A DNA stretch of 64,000 nt. Source: an uncultured Chloroflexia bacterium. Lineage in GTDB: Bacteria; Chloroflexota; Anaerolineae; JAAYZQ01. A program made the translations under genes and the position numbers. The notes beneath the pieces were generated by a model. That model made no database searches, had not been told where the DNA came from, and saw only the letters and a program-made list of their open reading frames with translations. Shown here in pieces: positions 10,278 to 18,274 of the stretch; the first letter of the stretch is position 1; each line of letters opens with the position of its first letter. The stretch is taken from the NCBI GenBank assembly GCA_963700285.1, contig CAVOXA010000022.1:128001-192000 (forward strand). Direction: 5' to 3'.

Positions 10278-10757
10278 ATGAAACGCCTACTGCTCTTTGG
10301 AACCGACAAAGCCCTGGCCCGATTCTACTACGCGGCCCACCTGCGATGTCGCGCCGCCACCCACGACTACCGCAATAACAACGTTGCCTGCTACTCCGTC
10401 ACCGAAGAGGAATACCCGGCACTCCTGGCCCTGGCCGAGAAACTCAAACTCAACCACGAGACCGTGCAGCCCGAAAACCGCTACCGCCGCACAAAGCGCT
10501 TGATTGAAGAAACCTACGCCCGCGGCGAGCGCTTCAAAACAGACGACCTCATCCAGCTAACCGGTTACAGCCGGCCCACCCTGGGCCACATCATGGCAAA
10601 ACTCGTGCAGTTTGGACACGTCGAATCTCACGGACGCACCGCCGGCCACTACTATTGCAGGCCACCCCTGACCGGCGCCGGAGCGCCAGACCAGGAAACA
10701 GGCCAATTCCCCGAGGGGATACGAGAACCCGAGGACCCCGAAAGGAGAACCACTTGA
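10278..10757 (+). CDS. Small basic protein with C-terminal winged-helix DNA-binding domain
   Basis: FKTDDLIQLTGYSRPTLGHIMAKLVQFGHVESHGRTAGHYY fits an HTH plus wing pattern. Confidence 0.6.
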   Translation: MKRLLLFGTDKALARFYYAAHLRCRAATHDYRNNNVACYSVTEEEYPALLALAEKLKLNHETVQPENRYRRTKRLIEETYARGERFKTDDLIQLTGYSRPTLGHIMAKLVQFGHVESHGRTAGHYYCRPPLTGAGAPDQETGQFPEGIREPEDPERRTT

Positions 10758-12968
10758 TCCCAACAGCAAACACCAACAACCCAACCACCCCGGCCGCCGC
10801 GGCCAGCGCACAACACCCTGTCCTGAGCGCAGCGACAGGAACAGACGATCTCGCCCTGCGCTCTGCAGGTGAGCTCTACGCCTCCGCCCAACCAGCCGAA
10901 CGCCCGCCGCACCTACTCCGCCACTTTCCTCCGCGCCGGCCACGTCCTGCAGGCTGACGGCCAATCTTCCAACTGGCTCATACCCGCCGAGGTCCTCGAG
11001 CATGACGCCCACCTGTTCGAAGGACTCGCTTGCTACCTGGATCACCCTCAGCTCTTTGGCTTTGGCGTCCGAGGCGAGCCCCAGGTAAGGGACCTCTTTG
11101 GCGTCACCAGCCACGCCTACTATGACCCCTTCACCCAAGCCATCGAAGGACAAATCACGCTCTACGACCAAGATCCCAACTCCGCCGGCGCTTTTGTCGC
11201 TCACCTCATGGACCAGATCCTTGCGGACAAAGAAGCGGGGAAACCGGTCCCACCCCTGGGACTCTCGGCAGTATTCTTCCAAGACGCAGACTATGACGAC
11301 GAAACCGGTAAGAAAGTCACCACCGCTTTCCGTAAGGTCGAATCGCTCGATCTTGTCTACTCGCCCGGCGCTGGCGGCTATATCAAACAAGCCCTCGCTG
11401 CCATGCCGGCCCGGCCCACAGACTATCAATACCCGACTCCTCAAGCTTGCGGTATCGCCACGGCTACACACACGCCCAATACGCTCGGGCCGGACTTCCA
11501 ATCGCGAGCAACGCGAAGCGACCACAGTCCGGCCCCAACCACCCAAAGGAGAAACACAATGCCACCCGAGAACGACCAAGACACCAACAGCCCCGCCGAA
11601 GACTTTGACGCCGGCGCAATCGGCGCCCAAGTCGCCGGCCTCAACGCAGCGGTCAAACACCTGCAAGGCCAGGTCAAAACCCTGACCGCCGACCTCGACG
11701 GCAGCCCGCCTGTCACCGTTGACCAGACGGCCGCCACCATCGAAGACCTTCACGCTCAGGTGCAGCACCTGACCAACATCCTCGCGAAGCGTGAAGCGCC
11801 CATCCAGGGCGTCGGCCAGTCGGTCCACCTAGGGCCCCGACTCAGCGTTACCGACCCTCTGCCCGTCATGCAAAACGCCTGGGATTGGATCTTTGGCGCG
11901 CCCGACGCGACCACCCCACCGCCCGAGCTGCGGCGGACAGACTACCTCTACCGCCTCCTGTCCGGCGACCTCAACTGGACTGGCGTTTTCGACGAACGCG
12001 AAGCCCTCGCCGCGGCCAACGCCACCACCATGGCCGGCATGGTCGTCAACGCCATGAACAAGGTCATTGTCCCCCTCTACGACCGCCTCGCCGTCTACCG
12101 CTGGTTCGAGCAGATCGTCACCGTCCAGCCCACAGACGGCAGCCTGCACGACATGGCCTGGCTACAGTTTGGCGGCATCGGTGACCTGCCCGTCGTGGCC
12201 GACGGCGCCGCCTACTCCGAGCTCTCCGTTGACGACTCGAAAGAAAGCGACGCCTTCACCAAGTACGGCGGCTACGTCGGCATCACCGAAAAGGTCCTCC
12301 GCAACTCTGACGTTGCCAAGATCCAAGCCATCCCCCGCGCTCTCGTCGTGGCCGCCGTCCAGACCCGCAGCGCCAAGATTGCCGCCATCTTTACCACCGC
12401 CAGCGGCACCGGTCCCACCCTGGACCAGGACTCCACCGTCCTCTTCCACGCCAACCACGGCAACCTGGCAACGACCGCCTTCTCTTTCGCCGCCTGGAAA
12501 GCGGCCCGCATCGAGTGCGCCAAAGCACGCCGAGCTCACCAGCTCCAAGCGCACCGGCTTCTTCCCCAAGTACTGCCTCGTACCCGGTCGACCTCTACGA
12601 CGACGCCCTCAACGTCTTTGGCTATGGCGCCGGCCCAGGTGGGCAGCCCGGCACCGCCAACAACGACGTCAACCCCTACGGCGTAGGTCGCCCCGGCGAC
12701 CCGCGCCCCGTCCCGGTCGCTCGTACCCGACTGGACCGACACCAACGACTGGGCGTACCTGGTCGACCCGATGATCGCCCCGGTGATCCAGATGGCCTAC
12801 GCCGACAACCCATCCGGCCAGGGCACACCCGCCACCCCAGCTCTACACCGTCACCTCCAAACGGCCGGCCTCATGTTCACCAACGACGTCCTGCCCATCA
12901 AGGTCCGCGACTACTTCGCCTACGGCGTAGCCACCTACCGAGGCATCGGCAAGCGCAACGTCACCTAG
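10754..12968 (+). CDS. Prohead protease-scaffold-major capsid fusion (Mu gpT-like/HK97 fold); several frameshifts (~10900, ~12525, ~12585, ~12720, ~12830-12860)
   Basis: AAAGGAG RBS plus TTG 10754. N-terminal YLDHP...VRDLFG...GLSAVF...VESLDLVYSPGAGG protease-like region, coiled-coil scaffold, then NAMNKVI...LPVVADGAAYSE...KYGGYVGITEK...PKYCLVP...DTNDW...IKVRDYFAYGVATYRG. Confidence 0.8.
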
Positions 12969-13014
12969 CTTTGGTACCGCCGGCAGCCGACGGCCGCCGG
13001 CGGCACCTGTACCA

Positions 13015-13068
13015 AATTCGTAAAATTCGTGTAACCTGTCCTGAGCGCAGCGACAGGATTCGTGGCAA
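13015..13068 (+). repeat. 9-nt array 2 with a 24-nt hairpin CCTGTCCTGAGCGCAGCGACAGGA inserted at 13035-13058
   Basis: AATTCGTAA AATTCGTGT AA[24-mer]TTCGTGG CAA, followed by the RBS of 13086. Confidence 0.9.
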
Positions 13069-13085
13069 ATAGAAAGGACCAAACC

Positions 13086-13462
13086 ATGCAACGCAAATTC
13101 ACCCACAGCTTTCCACGTGCCCGGCACCCTGTCGGCCAACCTCAACATTCGCTTTACCGTCCCGTCAGACTGCACCCTGGTGCACGTCTCCGCCGTCGCT
13201 TCCAACGACTCAGACGCGACCATCACCCTGGGCACCTCCGCCGACACCGACGGCTTTCTGGCAGCCTGCGTCATCGGCGACAGCGCGACGCCCGTCGAAA
13301 AGGGCATCGCCGACTTTGACGGCGCCCTGCTCGTCCGACGCCGGCAGCGAACCGCCGCGCCTCGCAGACGGTGACATCTTTGTCGTGGTCCTCGACTATG
13401 ACGGCGCCGGCGGAACCGCGGCCGACGACTTTACCCTGGTCCTCACTTTCCAGGAAGGCTAA
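13086..13462 (+). CDS. Putative capsid decoration/cement protein; frameshifts near 13110 and 13335
   Basis: Small acidic beta-rich protein directly after the capsid gene (HVPGTLSANLNIRFTVPSD...DDFTLVLTFQEG); AAAGG RBS. Confidence 0.55.
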
Positions 13463-13594
13463 CCCAATGCAGCACCTGGCCCAGGTGGGACCAACCCAAA
13501 AGACAAAAAATCAAATACCGTTCGGCGAGACACCAAGGGATCCACACCAGCACACCAACCACCTGGGCCAGTTTTGTCGAAAGAAAGGATCATC

Positions 13595-13699
13595 ATGGAC
13601 ATAGACGACAAAGGCAACCTGCCAACCATGCTACTGGTCGCGCTAGTGGTCATCCTGGTCATCCTTCTGTACCAAATCGCCGCCAACGGCGCCATGTAA
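13595..13699 (+). CDS. 34-aa single-TM membrane peptide
   Basis: AAAGGA RBS; MDIDDKGNLPTMLLVALVVILVILLYQIAANGAM; stop overlaps the next gene's RBS. Confidence 0.55.
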   Translation: MDIDDKGNLPTMLLVALVVILVILLYQIAANGAM

Positions 13700-13712
13700 G
13701 GAGTAATCGCAC

Positions 13713-14372
13713 ATGCAAACCAAACCAAACAACGCCCTGCGTATTCTCGTAATCACAGCCGGCCTGGTTCTCCTCCTGGCCCTGGCCAGCGCGGCTATCG
13801 CCTACGCCACCGACGGAGATACCACACTCACAAACCTGGTCCTCACCGGAGACGTGACCGTTGCTGACGATGCGGTCATAGCCGACGATCTCACCGTAGC
13901 CGGAGATGCCACCATTGCCGGCGCCATCACCGGCCCCTCCATCGGAACAGAAAACCTCCGCCTCCCCACCATCGAAAGCGCAACCATCATAACCTCCACC
14001 AACGGCGCGCTTTGGACCGTAGGAGCGACCGAAGTCTGGTACATTGACCGCGTGTTCTGCAACGTCACAACGAACTTTGACTGCACAGGTGACGACTGCA
14101 CGATCGAGATAGGCTTGACAGGCGGAGACATCGACGGCTTTCTGGACCTCGATGACGCAGAACTCCAGACCACCGACGCCGAGATTGCAGGACTAACCGC
14201 AAGCTGGCAAGGATTCGGATCAACCGACACCCGCGGCGCATTTTTCGCGGCTGGTGGCGGAGTGATCCTAAAGAACGACACCATCGACATCAAGATTGAA
14301 GACACGTCAGCCACCACCAACCCGACCGCCGGCGCCGCAACCTGTTACATCGTCTACACGCGCCTGCAGTAA
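13713..14372 (+). CDS. Signal-peptide-bearing virion-like protein (short beta-repeat stalk plus jelly-roll-like C-terminus)
   Basis: AAGGAG RBS. N-terminal h-region ending A-Y-A, then LTGDVTVADD/LTVAGDATIAG repeats and C-terminal TAGAATCYIVY. Confidence 0.6.
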   Translation: MQTKPNNALRILVITAGLVLLLALASAAIAYATDGDTTLTNLVLTGDVTVADDAVIADDLTVAGDATIAGAITGPSIGTENLRLPTIESATIITSTNGALWTVGATEVWYIDRVFCNVTTNFDCTGDDCTIEIGLTGGDIDGFLDLDDAELQTTDAEIAGLTASWQGFGSTDTRGAFFAAGGGVILKNDTIDIKIEDTSATTNPTAGAATCYIVYTRLQ

Positions 14373-14454
14373 TCGCCCGTTAACGGAGGCCCGTTGCGAG
14401 CCCGGCGAAGCAAACACCGGCAGCCTGCGTTAACGGGGTACTCCTCCCTGCTCA

Positions 14455-14490
14455 GGGGATACCCACCGTCCCGGCTCGGTGGGTATCCCC
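14455..14490. repeat. Intergenic hairpin
   Basis: GGGGATACCCACCG/CGGTGGGTATCCCC perfect 14-bp stem; a second IR CCCGTTAACG/CGTTAACGGG lies at ~14376-14427. Confidence 0.7.
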
Positions 14491-14500
14491 AATCAACAGA

Positions 14501-14548
14501 CATTCGTCCAATTCATGTAATTCGAGTAATTCGTGAAATTCGTGGCAA
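14501..14548 (+). repeat. 9-nt array 3 (five units)
   Basis: CATTCGTCC AATTCATGT AATTCGAGT AATTCGTGA AATTCGTGG CAA, then AAAGGAG. Confidence 0.9.
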
Positions 14549-14563
14549 AAAGGAGCAACCCAA

Positions 14564-14887
14564 ATGCCCACCCACTTTGCAGACATCCTAACCACCGCCG
14601 GACTGGTCTCTCTGACAGTTCTCATCGTGGCCCTACTCAAGGCCATACCCGCCAGCGAAACCAACCCGCTGGCACCCGTCCTGGCATGGATCAAGGTCAA
14701 CCAGTTCTTGACGTCAATCATCATCGCCGGCATCCTGGCCGCCATCGCCTACGCCGTCCAGGTCCTGGGCTATATGCCCCTTGCCGAAGACTACTGGCAA
14801 GGGTGGCTCTTCCTATGGGCAGCGGCTCAAGCCCTGTACAACGGTCAAAAAGGCTTGTCCCACATCCTAAAGAGCAAACCCAACTAG
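14564..14887 (+). CDS. Holin-like small membrane protein
   Basis: 107 aa, about three hydrophobic helices, basic C-terminus, located in a virion cluster. Confidence 0.5.
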   Translation: MPTHFADILTTAGLVSLTVLIVALLKAIPASETNPLAPVLAWIKVNQFLTSIIIAGILAAIAYAVQVLGYMPLAEDYWQGWLFLWAAAQALYNGQKGLSHILKSKPN

Positions 14888-14952
14888 CGCGCCCAGTTTG
14901 GTACGCCAGCCATACGAGATCTCGCCTACAGCCCGTACCAAACTTGGTTTTC

Positions 14953-15006
14953 CATTCGTGCAATTCGTGCAACCTGTCCTGAGCGCAGCGACAGGATTCC
15001 TGGCAA
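14953..15006 (+). repeat. 9-nt array 4 with the 24-nt hairpin inserted at 14973-14996
   Basis: CATTCGTGC AATTCGTGC AA[24-mer]TTCCTGG CAA. Confidence 0.9.
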
Positions 15007-15028
15007 AAAAGAAAGGCAACAACGAGAC

Positions 15029-15226
15029 ATGAACACTACCAAAGTAACAGAACACGCCATGGCCGACCTGCGCGAGATCTTTGCCCAGCAGGGCATCAAC
15101 GTGCCTATCTACCGCGTAGAACACACAGACGACGCCATACTCCTCTACCTCTACGGCCACGCCGAACCCTACCGCGTACCGAAGACCAAGCCCAAGCCGG
15201 CGCGCAAGAAAGCCGGCAGCCCGTGA
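15029..15226 (+). CDS. Hypothetical 65-aa protein with basic tail
   Basis: AAAGG RBS; codon style matches the cluster. Confidence 0.6.
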   Translation: MNTTKVTEHAMADLREIFAQQGINVPIYRVEHTDDAILLYLYGHAEPYRVPKTKPKPARKKAGSP

Positions 15227-15396
15227 AATACCCACTGCGACCCATAGATCACGCGCTCTACCAAGCCATGGGGCCGCACATGGTAATGATCCCCACGACG
15301 ACATACGTCGTATGCAAGGACCACGACTATGACAAAGCCGTCGCCCTCATGGAAAGCAAAGGCTACAAACTCAAGCAGAGGAGAAACCGATCATGA
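15223..15396 (+). CDS. Hypothetical 57-aa protein (not in ORF track)
   Basis: GTGA overlap with the upstream gene and ATGA overlap with the downstream gene; VKYPLRPIDHALYQAMG...KQRRNRS. Confidence 0.5.
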   Translation: MKYPLRPIDHALYQAMGPHMVMIPTTTYVVCKDHDYDKAVALMESKGYKLKQRRNRS

Positions 15397-15878
15397 TAAA
15401 AACCATCCCACTCGCACCCATCACCGAGACCGGAATAGCCGAACTTGTCGGCAAGAATGAACAGATAGACCAATACGACTTTACCGGTTCCATTGACCTC
15501 GCCGTAGGCATTGGCGGCCTGCCCGTCTCTGGTGAATTTCTCTCCCTCATCCTCACCACCCTTGAAACCGGAAGCGGCGCCGTAATGGTCCCCGCCGGTG
15601 TGCTCCTCCTCTTTGACGCCGACCCCAACCCAACGCCCGGAGACACAGCCCTGACCGCCGCCGAATGGAAGACGGCCATTGGTTCCGTCGCCATTGCCGC
15701 CACTGACTGGATATCTGATGCCAACGGTTCCCACGCCTTCAAAGCCATCGCCATACCGTTCCATGACCTAACGTCGATCTATGCCGTCTGGTATCACACC
15801 GACGCCACAAGCCTAAACGACGCCGCCGGAGACGACGAAGAACTGCACTGCAATCTCTGGTATCGCCGCGACTCCTGA
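15393..15878 (+). CDS. Hypothetical acidic beta-rich virion protein
   Basis: 161 aa, GAGGAG RBS, position in the structural cluster. Confidence 0.6.
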   Translation: MIKTIPLAPITETGIAELVGKNEQIDQYDFTGSIDLAVGIGGLPVSGEFLSLILTTLETGSGAVMVPAGVLLLFDADPNPTPGDTALTAAEWKTAIGSVAIAATDWISDANGSHAFKAIAIPFHDLTSIYAVWYHTDATSLNDAAGDDEELHCNLWYRRDS

Positions 15879-15923
15879 CCAGATCCATAAACCATAGAAC
15901 ACCAAACAAAAAGGAGAACAACC

Positions 15924-16265
15924 ATGGCCGACCTAAGCACAATCTACACTTTTTTCAACAACGCCGACGCACACGCGGCTTTCCTCCACCGCATCCAGAC
16001 CGCCCTTGTCGAAACCGCCCTTGCCGTACGTGCGGAGAACGAACCCGACCCCAAAACAGACCGTTTCGCCGCACGCCAACGATGGGCACGCGATGCCCTT
16101 CTTAATCCAATCCACGTCGCTCACCGCCTGTTGCCCGCGATCGCCGTCAAGGCCAACGACGCCGGCCGCATCGACGAACAAGGCAACGTCACCGCATCTG
16201 ACAACGAGATTCGCGCTACTGTCCTAAGTCTCGTGGATACCTTCGCTGACTATGTCAGCGCATAG
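15924..16265 (+). CDS. Hypothetical helical protein (possible fibre chaperone)
   Basis: 113 aa with AAGGAG RBS; function is inference only. Confidence 0.55.
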   Translation: MADLSTIYTFFNNADAHAAFLHRIQTALVETALAVRAENEPDPKTDRFAARQRWARDALLNPIHVAHRLLPAIAVKANDAGRIDEQGNVTASDNEIRATVLSLVDTFADYVSA

Positions 16266-16268
16266 CCC

Positions 16269-16994
16269 ATGATGCACCCACACCACCACAGCCGCGCCCA
16301 TCGCCGGCGACTCGGGGCTAACCTCATACCCTGGACGCTAGACTTTGGCGTGTCACAACAATACTCGGTAAACCTCGGCCACGCCGCCAGCATTGACGAC
16401 CTCCACGCCGCCGACTTTACCGTTGACCTCTACTGGTACTACACTCCCGCACCCGGAGCCAACTTCTTTCACACCCTAATAGGACAAGGCGACTGGTCAA
16501 CCGCCACCGGCTGGCGACTCAGCTTTTCCAACGACACGGAACGCCTATACCTTGCGGTCATCGACGGCGCCGCAGCCGCCAAGACCACAACCAAGCCAGC
16601 AATCCCAGCCGAAAACTGGTACTATATCCGCCTACGGCGAGAAGACAACACAATCTACCTGTCCTACAACGCCGGCGCCGAAGCCACCAGCGCCACCCTG
16701 GCCGCCGGCGGCACTGCGTCAGACCTCGATCTCACCATCGGCAGCGCCAGCGGCACTCACCGGGCACTTGGTAAAGTCTGCTACGCTCACCTATGGAACA
16801 ACAACCAGGGAGCCCTGGCCACCCTGCCCACCTCACCCTTCCCCATCGACGCCAACACCGTCGCCCGCTATCTCTTCAAAACCGACATCACCGGCATCGG
16901 CACAACCCTGGCCGACGACTCTGGCAACAACAACAACGGCACCATTACCGGCGCCTCCTGGAAGCGCGCCGCGCCCACACTCTGGACACCCTAA
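16269..16994 (+). CDS. LamG/concanavalin-A-like lectin-fold protein (possible receptor-binding spike)
   Basis: DFTVDLYWY, NWYYIRLRR, DLTIG, VARYLF...GTTLADDSGNNNNGTITGASW, a typical LamG C-terminus. Confidence 0.75.
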   Translation: MMHPHHHSRAHRRRLGANLIPWTLDFGVSQQYSVNLGHAASIDDLHAADFTVDLYWYYTPAPGANFFHTLIGQGDWSTATGWRLSFSNDTERLYLAVIDGAAAAKTTTKPAIPAENWYYIRLRREDNTIYLSYNAGAEATSATLAAGGTASDLDLTIGSASGTHRALGKVCYAHLWNNNQGALATLPTSPFPIDANTVARYLFKTDITGIGTTLADDSGNNNNGTITGASWKRAAPTLWTP

Positions 16995-17014
16995 AAGATG
17001 GAGAACGAACCCAC

Positions 17015-17425
17015 ATGGCCTACACCTTCAAATACCGCCTGACCACCGCGCCACAGCCGCGCTCGGACGGCTCAGGATGTGTCGACCACCAGATACAAGC
17101 GATCGCTTCGCCCGACGCTACCAACTGGACACCCGTACCAGACCGGGAAAAGACGATCTCCATCCCCGCCGACGACCTGGACACCGTCCTGGCCATGCCC
17201 CACGACACCGGGCCCCAACGCGCCGCCAAAAACACAGCCTACAAGAACGTGCTCACCGACAACGCCCTGACCTTGCCCAAGGCAATCACCGGCTGGGCTA
17301 CAACCGCCTTGCAAGAACTCTATGACGCCAACGACGCCGCCGTCACTGCTGCCCTCGCGGCAGACGCCTACATAACCACAGTCCTGGGCCAGTCGTATCC
17401 CTTGGACTTTGCGCTTGAGGGTTAA
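17015..17425 (+). CDS. Hypothetical protein
   Basis: GGAG RBS, ATG 17015 inside ORF 16793..17425 (MAYTFKYRL...). Confidence 0.6.
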   Translation: MAYTFKYRLTTAPQPRSDGSGCVDHQIQAIASPDATNWTPVPDREKTISIPADDLDTVLAMPHDTGPQRAAKNTAYKNVLTDNALTLPKAITGWATTALQELYDANDAAVTAALAADAYITTVLGQSYPLDFALEG

Positions 17426-17428
17426 CCC

Positions 17429-18205
17429 ATGCTCTGGCTGAAACAGTCCACCGCCGTTACTATCAAACTAGGCCCCTTTGTCGACGAAACCGACGGCTAC
17501 ACCGCCGAGACCGGCTTGACCCTATCTCAAGCCGACGTCCGCCTGTCCAAGAATGGCGGCAACATGGCGCAGAAAAACGAATCATCCGCTGCCACCCACG
17601 ACGAGATCGGCTATTATGATTGTCCGCTCGACACCACTGACACAAACACCCTGGGCCGCCTCCTTGTCATGGTGCACGAATCAGGCGCCCGGCCAGTCCG
17701 CCTCGAATTCCTTATCGTGCCCGCCAACACCTACGACTCCCTGATCGCAGGTTCCGACCTGCTCCTGGTCGATGATGACGTCATAGCCGATCAGGTTTGG
17801 GATGAAGCCATGGCCGATCACCAGGGCGGCGGCATTACCGGCGCCTATCTAATATCCGCACAGGTCAATTCCGTCGACATCCTGGCCGACACCAACGAAC
17901 TCCAGACAGACCTGACCAACGGCGGAAGACTAGACCTCATTCTCGACGCAATCCTTGCCGCCTCCGGCAGCGGATCCGGCGCCGTCACCTTCACCTACAC
18001 CCTGACAAGTTCCGTGGACGCATCACCCATCCCAGACGCCCGCGTTTGGGCCACATCCGACGCCGGAGGTTCCACCGTCCTGGCCAGCGGCAGCACCGAC
18101 GCCAACGGTCAAATCACATTCTACCTCGACGCCGGCACAGTCTACTTCTGGCGACAAAAAGCCGGCTGGGACTTTTCCAACCCCGACACGGAGACGGTAA
18201 GCTAA
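17429..18205 (+). CDS. Phage-like structural protein with C-terminal Ig/prealbumin-like domain
   Basis: MLWLKQSTAVTIKLGPFVD...SKNGG...GYY...DTNTLGRL N-domain; C-terminal PIPDARVW...TDANGQITFYLDAGT. Confidence 0.65.
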   Translation: MLWLKQSTAVTIKLGPFVDETDGYTAETGLTLSQADVRLSKNGGNMAQKNESSAATHDEIGYYDCPLDTTDTNTLGRLLVMVHESGARPVRLEFLIVPANTYDSLIAGSDLLLVDDDVIADQVWDEAMADHQGGGITGAYLISAQVNSVDILADTNELQTDLTNGGRLDLILDAILAASGSGSGAVTFTYTLTSSVDASPIPDARVWATSDAGGSTVLASGSTDANGQITFYLDAGTVYFWRQKAGWDFSNPDTETVS

Positions 18206-18209
18206 TGAC

Positions 18210-18258
18210 CATTCGTAAAATTCGTGTAACCTGTCCTGAGCGCAGCAACAGGATCCGG
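18210..18258 (+). repeat. 9-nt array 5 with 24-nt hairpin variant at 18230-18253
   Basis: CATTCGTAA AATTCGTGT AA[CCTGTCCTGAGCGCAGCAACAGGA]TCCGG. Confidence 0.85.
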
Positions 18259-18274
18259 CAGAAAGGCTTAACCC

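Noticed and set aside
10557-11828. Long antisense ORFs (also 28403..29806, 42995..44773, 51953..53149, 61695..63353)
   Set aside because: Shadow frames of real opposite-strand genes in high-GC DNA, with no recognisable motifs or RBS.
12520-12860. Programmed ribosomal frameshifts in the capsid gene
   Set aside because: Several shifts in conserved core sequence with no slippery heptamers; the same indel pattern occurs in host genes.
13467-13604. Small ORF MQHLAQVG... in the virion cluster
   Set aside because: Spans a 13-bp inverted repeat, overlaps the better-supported 13595 ORF, and has atypical composition.
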